NCBI GenBank assembly: GCA_951406725.2 | Contig: OX597834.1 | Coordinates: 2,170,001-2,234,000, forward strand | From: Octopus vulgaris | Taxonomy: Eukaryota | Length of the DNA stretch: 64,000 bases | Direction of reading: 5' to 3' | In this document: piece after piece, positions 1 through 13,740 of the stretch | Numbering within the stretch: position 1 is the first letter of the stretch | Layout of the letters: each line of letters begins with the position of its first letter | Made by a program: the position numbers and the translations under genes | The notes under the pieces: generated by a model | Databases searched by the model: none | What the model saw: the letters and a program-made list of their open reading frames with translations, nothing else | Told to the model about the DNA's origin: nothing

Positions 1-2
1 AA

Positions 3-36
3 GACATGTTTCAGCCGTATTTACACCTCATCAGTG
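3..36 (-). ncRNA. Hammerhead ribozyme motif cut by window edge
   Basis: Minus strand: CTGATGA-ggtgtaaatacggct-GAAAC-AT-GTC. Confidence 0.45.
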
Positions 37-184
37 ATAGATGACAAATTGGCAGAGTTGTTAAAGTGTCAGGTAAAATACCTTGTGGTATTTGTTCTGC
101 CTCTGAATTCAAATCTTGCCAAGGTCAGCTTTGCTTTCCATCATTTTAGAGTTGGGAAATAAATTTGGTTATATATTGGGGTAG

Positions 185-186
<2 letters not shown>

Positions 187-246
<60 letters not shown>

Positions 247-300
247 CTCTTTCTCTCTCTCCCCTCTTTCTCTCTCTCCCCCCTCTCTCTCTCTCTTTCT
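187..300. repeat. (TC)n microsatellite, representative of very many (CA)n/(TA)n/(TC)n tracts in the window
   Basis: Seen directly. Confidence 0.95.
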
Positions 301-1262
301 GACTCTATGTTACATATTTTACAATGTGATAGGATCAGGGTCACTAATTGTAAAACTACCCAAGAAATCCCTATTAGGGACCGATTAAACCAGTAGGTGT
401 CAGCTGAAAGGAGGGCTCTGTATTCTCTCTAAACCTGCTAGAAATAGCAGCCCTGAGTTCATATGAGAGAACCAAGGCAGTGTTGGGCAGTTAAGGGTTA
501 AGGGAACCATGTCACTCCTCAAGCTTCTTGCCATCTTTGAAATAGGGGTGGCGTGTTTAAAGTTAGTGTTAATTTTAGAACAGTTTGTTATCCACTTGCA
601 CAATAACCGTGTGGTTTTGGGTTCAAAGCCACTGTGCAGCACCTTAGGCAAGTATCTCTTCTCTAGTTCTTAGTTAATGTGTGTTTGTGTTTCCTCATTT
701 TCATATTGTGTTGGCTGTTAACCAATGCCATAAATTTGCAATCTTGCATGAAAACTTGCCCCGGCCATTGTGATGTTTGTGCTTAAAGGAGTCTGAGGGG
801 AGATATCACCTTGCTTGGAAACGGACGAATGTAGGGAACAAGGAGAGCATCCAGCCTTAGAAACTCTTCCACAAATAAACTCTGTCAGATCCATGCAAGC
901 AGGGAAGAGTGGACATTCAATAAGGATGATGATGGGGATGATTAAGGATTGGTTTTTGAATGTCTGTTTGCAATTAGTTTGGCAATAATTAAATAATATT
1001 CATTAGAATTCTCAAGGCAGCAAGATGGCCAAAATGCTTAGCATGCAGGGCAAAATGCTTCGTGGCATTTCATCTGTCTTTGTGTTCTGAGTTCAAACTC
1101 CTCTGAGGTCAGCTTTGCCTTTCATCCCTTTTAGGGCTTGATAAATTAAGTACCAGTGAAATACTGAGGTCAATGTAATCAACTTGTCCCCTCCCACCAA
1201 ACTATCAGGCCCTCTGCCTTTAATAGAAAGAATTCATTAGGATTCTTACAAAAAAAAAAATA

Positions 1263-2005
1263 GGCATAGGTGTGGCTGCGTGGTAAGAACCATATGGTTC
1301 TGGGTTCAGTCCCACTGCGTGGCACATTGGGCAAGTGTCTTCTGCTATAGCCTTGGGTCGACCAAAACTTTGTGAGTGGATTTGGTAGACGGAAACTGAA
1401 AGAAGCTCGCCGTGTGTATATATATGTGTGTGTGTGTGTGTTTACCCCCCCCCCCCCCCCCATCATCGCTTGACAACTGATGTTGGTGTGTGTACGTCCC
1501 CATAACTTAGTGGTTCTGCAAAAGAGACTGATAGAAGAAATACTAGGCTTGTAAGGAATAAGTCCTGGGGTTGATTTGTTCGACTAAAGGCAGCGCTCCA
1601 GCATGACCGTAGTCAAATACTGAAACAAATAAAAGAATGGCTGTGTGGTTAAGAAGCTTGCTTTGCAGCCAAATGGTTTTGGGTTCAGTCCCAGTCCACA
1701 CCACCTTGGGCAAGTGTCTTCTATAACAGCCCCAGGATGACTAATGTTTTATTAATCAGTTTGGTGGATGGAGACTGGGTGAAGCCCATTGTGCGTGTGT
1801 GTGTCTACCCCATGGCCACTGCTTGACAACTGGTGTCAGTTTGTTTATGTCCCTGTGACTTAGCAGTTCTGTAAAAGAGATTGATAGAATAAATACCGGA
1901 CTTCAAAAAATAACAAAGTATCAGGGTTGATTTGTTTGACTTACAATCCTTCAAGGTGGTGCCCCAGCATGGCCACAGTCTAGGAACTGAAATAAGTGAA
2001 AATAC
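1263..2005 (+). mobile_element. Two tandem copies of tRNA-derived SINE family A (internal GT/TA microsatellite)
   Basis: Head tggctg(c/t)gtggt..aag...gggttcagtccca; tail ccagcatg(g/a)cc..agtc...actgaaa; many other copies in the window. Confidence 0.85.
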
Positions 2006-2991
2006 ATGATTACCCAATATTTAAAAATTTATCCCCCACCCACAACAAAAAAAAGCAAAAACTAGTTACTTGGAATTCTGAGAAATATGGTAAATCATTT
2101 CTTGTAGTTTGAACCTGGTAACTTCAGCCATAAAAATGGCCTTATTGGCCCATAAACATGTATGGGACAATGTTTATAGATGAACAGGTAATGAAGTATT
2201 TAGGTTAGACAAGGGTTTCTAGATTATTCAAGTTATTCAAGCTTCAGTTTGTTACACCTATAATCAGAGGTCACCTGGATTAAGTAACACCAGGTGAAAA
2301 CAGATCAGTTGACTTTCTCATACAAAGAACAACAAAATAGTTTAAATTTTCTTTCATGAATGGTTTTGCAGAAATATCTAAAAAAAAAAAAAAAACGAAA
2401 AAGAAGAGTTTTCTGTAAAATTCCACAACTTTACAATTCCATTGTTGTCTGGGAGATTTGGTCAGATTCTATGGAAGAATTCTGATAAATGAATGAGGCA
2501 TCACTGCGTGTGTGTGGGGGGGGAGTACATGTGTTTGTGAGTATAATTGTGTCTACGTATTTGTGCATATATCCATTTGCATGTGTATGTATGTGTGTGT
2601 GTGTGTATATATATATATTGCATGTATGTATGTATGCATGCATTTGTATATGTACTTGTGTATGTGTTTTATGTGTGTGTGTGTATATATGTATGTACAC
2701 ATACACAGAAAGCGTATGTGATATACACTCTGATATTCCTAAATCCTGCTTGTGTATATATTGGGGTGTGTGTGTCCTTGTTCCTGATATCCTGCAATAG
2801 TCGTAAATGAATGTCACTGTCATACAAGTGGTGTCCTTCCATGAAAACATGTCCAGCCTTGGGGAAATCTTACAGATGAGGGTTCATGACAGGAAAGGCA
2901 TCCAGCCATAGATCTACGTCAATGAATTCTAACCCATGCAAGCATGGAAAACTGGACGTTAAACACACACACACACACACGCACGCACGCA

Positions 2992-3049
<58 letters not shown>

Positions 3050-3101
3050 CTCTCTCTCTTCTTTCTATATTTCAATGTTATTGTCACAGTTTCTGTATAA
3101 A

Positions 3102-3213
3102 TTTCTTTTCTTCTTTTCCAGGTAAGTGGTTCCACTTCACTAAAAGATATTATTATTACTGTATTCTTTGAATACCTGGATCTCCTTATACTCCTAACTG
3201 AGCATAGGTAAGT
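3102..3213 (+). promoter_or_regulatory. Candidate recursive splice site (ratchet point) with 86-nt RS-exon
   Basis: tttcttttcttcttttccAG|GTAAGT (junction 3121/3122); second donor TAG|GTAAGT at 3207/3208. Confidence 0.5.
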
Positions 3214-3390
3214 CACTTTGGTTATTCCATAACGATCTGAATTAGCCACTGCCAGTTGTTTCATAAACTGCTTAGAATTGGTAAAATATCAGAGAAAACA
3301 ACTTGCTGTGTGTGTGTGTGTAATATATACCTTCGAAACGTGGAGCAGACGAAACAGGGGGCAACTGAAGAAGGAGAGTATTCCTTGTAT

Positions 3391-3444
<54 letters not shown>

Positions 3445-3527
3445 CCATCCCCGTGTATAATATATAAATATATATTATACATGGAGATGGTGTCATATTT
3501 TTTGCCCCCAATTAAACACTTGCGCTA

Positions 3528-3690
3528 TTTATTTGATCTTCCCATTAGGTTTTAGCTTTCATTCATATTGTTTTTAGTTTTTACGTCTGTCAAAGTCCTT
3601 TCATCACAGAAAGTGTGCCGAAAGAACTTTGACAGACGTAAAAACTAAATATAATCGCAATAAAAACTAAAGTGAAGATCAAATAAACAG
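3528..3690. repeat. Fold-back MITE-like element
   Basis: 30-bp inner arms 3573-3602 / 3620-3649 with 1 mismatch; outer arms tttatttgatcttc / gaagatcaaataaa. Confidence 0.8.
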
Positions 3691-3755
3691 GGAGTGGCAA
3701 AAAAAAGATGATGATGATACACGTTTTCACATCATGAACCTTGCAGGACAAATAC

Positions 3756-3786
<31 letters not shown>

Positions 3787-4231
3787 GGCCCGCCTTACTA
3801 CTCCTGTGCTGGTGGCACGTAAAAAGCACCCACTACACTCTTAGAATGGTTGGCGTTAGGAAAGGCATCCAGCTGTAGAAACTCTGCCTGACCAGACTGG
3901 AGCTCTCAGTCAAACCGTCCGACCCATGCCAGCATGGAAAACGGATGTTAATCGATGATGATGATGTGTTTCTTTACATTCTGAGTTCCTTCCTCTGACA
4001 TATGAAGTCGTGATTTATGCTAGAGGCCATGGTATTAGTGGACTGTCCGTAATCAGAGGAGTGTCAGACAAAATGACTGGCTGTATTTAGTTACATCATT
4101 CTGTGACCTTTTAAGTGAAAACACAACAGAGATCAACTTTCACTCCTTCTGTGATTTGTTGATGAAATAAAATACCAGTCATATAATGAGGTTGAGTCTT
4201 TATAACTGAATTCTCCGTTTTTGTTCCAGTA

Positions 4232-4790
4232 TTTAACCCTTGCTGGTTTTAGTCATTGGACTGTGGCCATGCTGGGGCACTACCTTGAAGGGGTTTTAGG
4301 TGAACAAATTGACCCCTCTACGTATTTTGTTTCTTTAAGGTCTGCTACTCATTCTGTCAGTCTTTTCTTGCTGAACCGCTAAGTACAAGGACATAAAGAA
4401 ACTAACACCGGTTCTCAAGGTGGGGGGATAAATAAAAAAGGCACAATGTTGCATACACATATAGATATATGTGTGTATACATGTATATATAGGTATGTAT
4501 GTATATAGATGTATGAGTGTGTGTGTGTGTGTGCCCTTCCTAATGGCACCACTCTGAGTGTGTGGTGCTTTACATGCCACCCGAGCATCAGGCGGATCAG
4601 GCAACGTGTGTATACTTATACATATGTATGTGTGTGTGTTTTTTTTTTTTTTTTTATATATATATGTATACACAAGGCTTTGGTCGACCCGAGGCTACAG
4701 CAGAAGACACTTCCCCAAGGTGCCAAGCAGTAGGACTGAACCTGTAACCATGTAGTTGGGAAGCAAACTCCTTACCACACAGCCATGCTT
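4232..4790 (-). mobile_element. SINE family A copy, with nested fragment of another SINE
   Basis: Reverse complement of head and tail motifs. Confidence 0.75.
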
Positions 4791-4944
4791 TCTTTAAAGG
4801 GTCTGTTGTCAACAGCATCTTTGTTTGTCCCTTTTTATTGCCAAAGATCTGTAAGGAACTAAACCAATCTGGATTGCTGCTACAACATTTAATAATGGTT
4901 AATGAAGGTTGTTAAGAAAATATTGTTGCTTATTCCTTTGCACA

Positions 4945-5410
4945 TCCAAAACCTTTTCGTAACTTTGTCCTGAACGTCCATTCTTGTTTCCAGACTTGTT
5001 TTAGTCAGCCCTCGTTTCATACGTTCTGAGAAACATAAGGCTTTCCTTTTACAAGTTCTAAATCACTCCAGTGGTTGAAAACAATGCCTAGATGCCAGAG
5101 AAATATGTTTTGTGTATCAGATGTGATGGACAAATGGTTAAGCCCACCATCAGGCCCCTGTTGCAACCACAGCATCACAAACTATGGAGACAATTGTTTG
5201 ACATTTAAGACTTTTGCCTGTCTAAAACATTTCCATAGCTTTGCCCTAAAAATCTGTGCTTGTTTTCAGACTTTTAGTCAGCCCTTGTTTCATATGTTCT
5301 GGGTAACATAAAGCTTTCCTTTTGCAAGTCTCAGATTACTGTAATGGTTAAAATGCAATTCAGAATGTGTATCATATATGGTGCAGGGGACCATATCAGA
5401 TGTCCTACAC
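4945..5410 (+). repeat. Old direct duplication, about 275-bp period
   Basis: cagact..ttttagtcagccct.gtttcata.gttctg...aacataa.gctttcctttt.caagt at about 4991 and 5267. Confidence 0.75.
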
Positions 5411-5720
5411 AGGGCAGGCAGAGGTTTTAAACTATATTTTCTACCTTTTATCTATTGTGATAAAGATATGGAAGTGGTTTTAGCAAAATAAAATTTCTTG
5501 GGAAAGAGAAAAAAATGACACTTCTCAGGAAAATATATATCTTCAGATAAAAGAAAAAAAGGAAGCATTGTGCCTAAAAGATAAATGATTTTCTGTTACT
5601 GATAGAATTTAAGAAGAAAAAGAGAGATAAGGGAAAGTTTCAGTATCTGCCACAGGAATTTTATGAAGTGAATATGGAGTAGATGTAAGAACGCTTGTAT
5701 GAATAACAAACTTCCTCTTT

Positions 5721-5758
<38 letters not shown>

Positions 5759-6135
5759 ATTTATTTATGCCCCAGCAGCTTATTTTGCTGAACTCTGTCA
5801 AATTGAACAATTATTGTAGGTATTGAAACTGTGATGATATTTGGTCAATAAGTGATGCGGGGTCCAGCGTGTTTACATCTATCGTGTGCGTGTTTCCTGT
5901 TTTTATGTATGTCTCTTCGTTATCTCCCTGGGCCAGACTTGCATTACACACACACATAAATGTAGTGCATGGGAAATCAAATGAAAGTATAATTCTAGGA
6001 AACTAAGTCATTTGATCTCTTCGAAGCAACCCACATTCATTCACACTGATATGCATCCTCACGCTTTATTGGAAAAATGTGTCATGGGAATGGAATTTAG
6101 ATTGTTGCTGAAGGTCAAGGTTGAGGCTTCACTCA

Positions 6136-6171
<36 letters not shown>

Positions 6172-8420
6172 TGCACACATACCAAATTCACTCACAAGTC
6201 ATTGGTCGACCAAGAGTGGTAGAATTCTAGTTTGACCCCAAATTGATCAATACTCAAGGTGCTGTGCAGTGGGGCTGAACCTGAAACCACCAGCTTAAGG
6301 AGTGTACTTCTTAACCCCAGTCATGACCACATTTGTCTCATTATTGAAATAAATGAAGGAATTTGCTACTTTACCGAATATAACCAAATTGGTGAAACAG
6401 GGAGAGAGAGGGACCTCTTCATGGTAGCCTTAGATGCTAGAAATAGCAGCTAAATTCCTTTCAAATTAATCCTCAGCCAAAGATATGGCCCAAATGCTTA
6501 CTGCAGAGTGAAAACCAATAAAAACACTCAAGGACCTAGGGACCACATACACAACATCATTTTAATGGTTTTGATATATTAAAGGGAATGGGTTTTCACA
6601 ATAACTCACTAGGTAGAGTGCAGGACTGTTGAAAGTTATCAAAATGTGTAATCGTTAGATCAGTTCTCCAAACGTGTCTCATGAAATCCTGCTTTGTTGT
6701 AAAGGGATCAGCTGGGAGAATGGTTACTGCACTGGACAAAGTGCTTAGCGACATTTTGTCCATCTTTACATTCTGAGTTCAAATTTTGCCTGGGTCCACT
6801 TTGCTTTTCATCCATTCAGGGTTGATAAAATGAGTACCAGTTGAGCACTGGGGTCGATGTAATTGATTTACCCCTCCCCCTAAATTGCTGGCCTTGTGCC
6901 AAACGAATATATAAAAGAGAGTGTAGGAATGTTTCAAGTTGTAGGCAACAGTTTTTACACTGAGGCAGTTGAGATTCTGTGTAAGGGTCCGTACTTTTCA
7001 AGCAGAAATGCACAAGTTATGAGAGTGTCTCTAGCCTAAGGTGTTCTTTTCTACTCTAAGCACAAGGCCCGAAATTTTTGTGGGAGGGGCCAGTCAATTA
7101 GATCGACCCCAGTACACAACTGGTACATAATTTATCAACCCCGAAAGGATGAAAGGCAAGGTCGGCTCAGCAGAATTTGAACTCAGAACATAAAGACAGA
7201 CAAGCATTTCACCTGGCATTGCCACCTTTCTAGCTGAAGATATTGATTAAACCAGGTAATAAGGCCAGGTGCAGCTACGGCTTGAAATATTAGCCAGGTG
7301 AAGGATTCATTGGGAAGAAACCTGCCCACATATCTGAACAAAAGCAATCGTAAAAAAAAGCATTTGTCTCCTGGCATTTGTTTTTTTTGTTGGTGGCACA
7401 TCTCTGGCCCATATGTGGTGCACCTGTGTGACACACTTGCGCACTGCAGGTGTGTTTTATGCTTGAAAATGACTGTCGTACAGTTGTTGCTTAATCTGCT
7501 AGAAATAGCAGTCAAATTTACTTGAAGTCACAGTCAGAAAGATACACTGGAGACTGTAGTTGTTGATAAAAAGAAAGAAGAAAAAAGACAGGATGGTCAT
7601 AGTTGGAATGCCTTTGATCTGAGGCTTGTGGGATGGGATTATAGGGCTGATTGTAGGGTAAACAATGACTATCACCTTGATGATGATTTCCACCACCACC
7701 ATTGCTGCTACTACTACTACTACTACTACTACAAAACTATTTCCCCAGTCATTGGTGAATCACATTTTTATCACCATATTACATTACATTTTCCATCTCC
7801 ACACACCAAGTTCTGCATGACACCACACATACCCCAACACACACTGCCAGTGGTGGTTGACAGGTTTTGAAACCCTCCTTTCCCCAACCGCTCCATGCAC
7901 TTCTAATTCTTATCTTTTATTTCAATTTTTCTCTCTTTTTCTCAACTGCTTGGCCACCAAAGGATTGAATTTAATAATCGAGATCCTCCCAGTTGAAATC
8001 CACGCCATACATACATACATCCCTTTAACTTTTACTTGTTTCAGTCATTGGACTGTGGCCATGCTGGGGTACTGCTCTTTAGGGTTTAGTCAAACAAATC
8101 AACCCCCAGTATTTATTTTTTTAAGTCTGATCCTTACTCTATCAGTCGCTTTTGCTGAATCACTAAGTTATGGCAAAATAAACAAACCAACACAATAAAC
8201 AAGCCAACTTCTTAACCACACAGCCATCTCATAGGAATTGAACACCTATTTTGTATATCTCTAACTACCTCTTCAGAGATTCAACTTTCAGATAATTTTT
8301 AATTTAATTAATTAATTTTCTGAAGGTCTGGAATTGAAACAGCTGTAAGGGATGTTTGTCAAATTTTAATTAATAAATAATAATTTATTAATTAACTCCC
8401 TATTTTCTCATCTTCCCCAA

Positions 8421-8515
8421 GACACCTGAAGAAGTCTGGAGGGTATATCAGCTGAAACATTGTGTTAACAACAAACAAAATGAGGACAAATATCTGTCAA
8501 ATGTAAATAATGTAT
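8421..8515 (+). mobile_element. Penelope-like terminal repeat remnant with degenerate hammerhead
   Basis: GACAC-CTGAAGA-agtctggagggtatatcagct-GAAAC-att-GTGTT; downstream aacaacaaacaaaatgaggacaaatatc recurs at 59395-59422. Confidence 0.5.
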
Positions 8516-9153
8516 ATATATATATATATATATACCGGAGTAAACACATAAATGTGAAACAAGGTGGAAAAAAGAGTACTCAAATACCAGTGGTAGAGTA
8601 ATATGCTTTAAATAAAGTATATATATTTATATATATAAATGACCGACTCTCCCATCGAATGTATAAGTGTTTAGCTTTTGCCAAGCAACTTATGCAAATG
8701 ATTTGTGATCAAATGTTCGTGCCACACATTATTAGCTCACTCTCCCTCCATCAAGTCAATGTTACCTGAACAGGTAAGTGGTGTACCACGTGCCAGGTGT
8801 CAAAGTGATTGCAGAGCAACGTGAGGTGAAGTGTTTTGCTCAAGAACACAACGCACCGCCCGGTCTAGGAATTGAAACCACAATCCCTAGGTCATGAGTG
8901 CAACACCAACACCCTGACCACTACATATCATTCTTAAACAAGAATACTATTCACAGCAACTTCAAAGCTTCACCTTTCTAAGAAGTCTAATGACGGCATA
9001 ACTGGTCACAACTTCAAAGTCAGTCAACAACAACATCCTTGTTTGAGAATAATAAATCTGTACTCTACAAAAGTATAAAGTAACCAATTAGAGTAATGTA
9101 AAATTGTTTTTATTATAATTGAACACAACAACAAATATTTGTGTGTGTGTGTA

Positions 9154-10420
9154 CAGGATGCGTAAGATATCTGAGGACAGATTTATGTTTATAAAAAAAA
9201 TAGATATATAATAACAGATAATAACTTTATTTATCAAAAAACACTATGAGGATAAAAACAAACCTTCTTTTCTATAATGTTATTCAATAAAGCCACCTTC
9301 AGCTTCAACAACTGCTTCTATATGAGATCTAAATCATCTACATACTCAAATCAAGTGGTCCTTGTTCATTTTGGACATTACTCTGACTATGGCTGCTTTC
9401 AAAGGATCTGGTGTTATGGGTGGGTTCATTGACCTCTCTCTCAATAACGCTCCACATGTAATAGTCCAATGGATTGAGATCTGGGGAATTAGGAGGCCAA
9501 ATATTAGAGGCTATGTGATCGTGAAAATTTTCAACTATCCATTCCTGTGTTACTAGAGCCATGTATGATAGTGCAGAGTCTTACTGAAACACATGGCCCT
9601 CCATTGCACACACTGTCTATGCAGGGCTTAACAATTATTTCTAGGACCTCAGTGTAGGTGGCAGAGTTAACTCTAAGGTCTTGTGGAAAGAAGTAAGGAG
9701 GCATCACATGTCCTTCATTGCTGACAACTCTTAAAACCATGACAGTTGCAGGAACTTTTGCATGCATAACACTTGGGACTTCAGAAGGGTCTGCACATAA
9801 CCATCTGTCATTTCTTCTGTTAACTTTTTGATCTTAGTCAAAGTTTTTCTTGTTTGAGAAAAACCAAATCAAATCTTCTTCTGCTGGATTTTTCAGTTTG
9901 TTTTAGAGCCTTTTAGATCTGATGTAGCAATTTTCTTTTGCTTTTTCTGAAAAATTGACCTTTCCTCATCATATAAGACTTATATATCTAATACCTTCAT
10001 GGACAACATTTCTGACTGTTCATTCTGACACATGAAGATCTTTTGTAATTGACCTCATGAACTTTCTGGGATTGTAATCAATGGTCTGTTGAACTTGCTG
10101 GATAAATTCAGGTGTTCTGATGGTTTCAGGGCCTTTAGAATGCTTTTTTATGCTTTGATACTGGTGATACATTTCCATCTTCAGTCTCTAGCTCCTTACA
10201 AACTTTGTAGATGAAAGATCTGGCAACTTTTCAAAATCGAGATATTTCTAAATCGCTATGCTCAGCCTTTATAACCACAATAACAGCATGCCTCTTCATT
10301 TCTTGAGTAAACTGAGGATCTGCCATTATTATTTTCTGAAACAAAGATTATACAGAGTTAGCAAAAAATGCAGCAATGACCCCAAAAAAGCTATGTCCTC
10401 AAAATACCTTATGCACCCTG
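9154..10420 (-). mobile_element. Decayed Tc1/mariner transposon, DD37D/maT-like, with TIRs and TA TSD
   Basis: TA|CAGGATGCGTAAGATATCTGAGGAC ... GTCCTCAAAATACCTTATGCACCCTG|TA. Frameshifted transposase fragments VMVLRVVSNEGHVMPPYFF and WPPNSPDLNPLDYYMWSVIEREVN. Confidence 0.88.
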
Positions 10421-10689
10421 TATATAACATTGAACTTTGCTTTATCTCATAAAGTTTTGCAGTTTTTCAAAAGTTCTTTCCCTAAACACCTGACAATGTG
10501 TTAAGCTATGAAATACCTTAACTTGACTGGTTACTTGTGACTTGTGGTGTTTGTCAGGGATGGTGGGATTTATCTTATATATGAATCACACTGACAAACC
10601 TGTAGAAATTCTCAATTTAGACATTTTTGCTGACGACATTGGAATACAAATGAATTGTAAAAAATATTTCACATTTCCTGTTTGATCTC

Positions 10690-11160
10690 TCATTCCTGAC
10701 ATTGTTGTGGAGGTTCCCTGAGACCCCCCTCCCAGTCATCACATATTGTCTGACCATATTCTTCAGGTCATCACTAATGGTTTGCGCATCCATTCCTTCA
10801 TGTTGTCTGACCATTTTTACTTCTCTCCACTTCTCCTTCTCTTCCTCTCCAGTTCTTTGGAAAATGGTCTTAGCAAAGCCATCCTAGATTTTATTCCATG
10901 ACCAAACCATCTCAGTTCTCTCTTCCCCACATTGTGAGGTCTTCCTGGGAACCTGTTATTCTGGTGGATGGTTTCACGGCCCTGTTTATTTCTGATGTAC
11001 TCCAAATATAAAACATTGAAGGCATTTCCATACCATTCCATGTCCAGCATCTCTGAATTCCTCTCTTTTTCTCCAGTCAAACTCCACATCTCACATTCAG
11101 AAAGACAAAGAGCATCACTCTACACAGGAGTCTGAGTTTAATCCTCATCGTGATGTTTTC
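10690..11160 (-). mobile_element. RTE-clade LINE 3' remnant
   Basis: Frameshifted RELRWFGH...LAKTIFQ motif typical of the RTE ORF C-terminus. Confidence 0.6.
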
Positions 11161-12479
11161 TTCTCCCCACATTGGCTCACGAACTGCTTAACCCTTTCGA
11201 TACCAACTCAATTGAGACTGTTCCTTTAGTCTATCATACAAAATTCCTGTCTTAAGGAATATAGAAGAAAACCCTCCATTAACATTTCATGATTATTTAT
11301 GCCCCAAACCCCAGTTTAATAACGATAAAGTTATTTGCTAAATTGTTTCTCTTTTCCAAAATTAACTGAAACAGAATAATTGTATTTCAGCAGAAATATG
11401 ATAACACGGGTCCAAAGTTACGATTGTCCACTTAAACTTTGCTCTTCTGTGGTTGGCAATTTTCAACAAACAAATGCATTAATACTATTTTTCTTAGCTC
11501 TGAATCTCCTTTATCTAATGTCATCTGAGGTTAATGCCATTCTTGTTGCACAGGATACAAAATACATGGCAGTCAATTTTTATTGGTGATCTGAAATATA
11601 CGAAGTCTATATGTGATATGTTTGATAGAGATCATAGAGTCATATTAATCTCTTATCTTTAAAAGCTTCAACAACTGAGATATTCAATCTCTTTGTCACA
11701 TGTTTAAGTCTTATTACATCCTTTTACCTCCGTCGACTTTTTTCTGGTCTCCCCCATATCTAATTTGTAACATAGAGCTAGTTGAAAAAATCACGAAACA
11801 TTTCAAAGCTCTTACTTACTTAATGCAATGATAGGAAAGTTTAAATTGACTTCTGTTGGAAACAGAGCATGTAGTAAATGACAAAGTGTTTGTGCACAAA
11901 ATATTATATAACAAAGAATCTACTACTTTTCACTGACGACTTTTTGCTGCCATATCATGCATATCTGTGACATATTTATAACTACAAACTGGGCCAATCT
12001 TTGTTGTCTTTACCAAGGGTGTTATTGTGCTAAAAAAAAACCTCTTAGTCATTCACTGATGATATCTCTGATAACAGCAATAGTTGTCTTTTTTTAAAGA
12101 CACCTAAATCACAAATCATTGTAATAACATGTCATAAACAGTATGTTAAATGAAACTAACTTTCACTTATTTGTTGTATTAATCTGAAAAGTCTGACTGC
12201 TGCCTTATTACTAAGGAAACCAAGGAAGTGAAATTTCTGACAATTTATTTTGAAGCTTTTGTTGTGAAAATTTAAACAGGTGTGAATATATTGTTATAAT
12301 GTCTATACACAGAAAAAAAAAAAATAAATAGGCTTTATAGTTTGTTGTTCAGCTATCAAAGAACTTGTACACTTTATCTGTTCTTCACAAAGTGAACTCC
12401 TGACAAATCGCTATTTAAATCAAACACAAACCCGAACTCTTTTGAACATGATATATTTTGTAATTTGCATGCAGAATTT

Positions 12480-12830
12480 AAAATATTTTTTTTTGTTTCT
12501 TTCCTGTCTTTGCAATTATTCTTCCTCGGTAACTTTTATATGTTTTAGTAGTTTGCAGGGTTGTTGGCTTGAGATTTGGTGATGATAAAGTCTCATCAAA
12601 TCTTAAGAATCTTTCTTTGGATTCTTGCAGAATAGAGGAATGCCACTTTTCAGCCAGTTTGACAATACCATGTTTCAGTTCCAACATCCTTCAATCCTTT
12701 GGGTAGAAATTTGGACGTTGCTCCAAGAGCACCAATTACCACAAGGGAAAGTCGTTGCCTTTGTCTTCCACAGTCTCTTCATCTCTCTGGCTTGGTCCTC
12801 AGTTGCTTTAGCCTCGGCTGGCAATCTCCT
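12480..12830 (-). mobile_element. Decayed RLE-type LINE remnant
   Basis: QAREMKRLWKTKATTFP followed, after a frameshift, by VIGALGA on the minus strand. Confidence 0.5.
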
Positions 12831-13158
12831 TCACATGGTGCGTCTCACTAAAAATGTCCATGGTTATGATACCTCAAAACCACAGCCCTCATTATGAGTG
12901 TAACGTCAAATATAAAGTATTATCACAACTGCATTCATGAGACTGGGTACCGGAGCAAAAGTCCCTCATATGGCAAGTGCCCCTCTAAGAAACACATGGA
13001 CCTGGTCGTTACCCAAATACTGTTGCAAAGGTTAGGAGAAGGTGGTCTCAAAACTACAACAAAACTGTGATACAATGTTGTTGCTATTATTACTATGATT
13101 ATTACTATAATAATAATAATAATAATAATTATTATTATTATTATTATTATTGAAATTA

Positions 13159-13740
13159 AGGTGGTGAGCCAGCAGAGTTGTTAACTCATCAAACAAAACG
13201 CTTAGTGGCATTTCGTCTGTGTTTACATTCTGAGTTTCACTGAGGTTGACTTTACCTTTCATCCTTTCAGGATCAATAAAAGAAATACCTATTTCTTTAT
13301 TACCCACAAGGGGCTAAAGACAGAGGGGACAAACAAGGACAGACATAGGTATTAAGTCGATTACATCAACCCCAGTGCGTAACTGGTACTTAATTTATCG
13401 ACCCCGAAAGGATGAAAGGCAAAGTCGACCTCGGCGGAATTTGAATACGGCTACGCATTTCGCCCGGCGTGCTAACGTTTCTGCCAGCTCGATACTGGGG
13501 GGTTTAAGTGATTGACAAGTCATCTCCCCTAAAATATGATGCCTTGTGCCTAAGCATGCCAGACAAAATGCTTAGTGGTATTTCATCTGATTTTTACATT
13601 CTGTGTTCAAATTCCGCCGAGGTTGACTTTGCCTTTCAATCTTTTGAGGCCGGTAAATAAGTACCAGTTGTGTACTGGGGTTGATGAAATCAACTAGCCC
13701 CTCCCCTGAAATTACTGGCTTTGTGCCAAAATTTGAAATC
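13159..13740. mobile_element. Nested family B SINEs (young minus copy inside an older plus copy, then another plus copy)
   Basis: Plus copy 13159-13290 is interrupted by a CpG-rich minus copy about 13290-13491 and resumes at atactgggg 13492. Confidence 0.8.

Noticed and set aside
8770-8780. CAG|GTAAGT as donor or ratchet point
   Set aside because: No pyrimidine tract and it lies within an antisense SINE.
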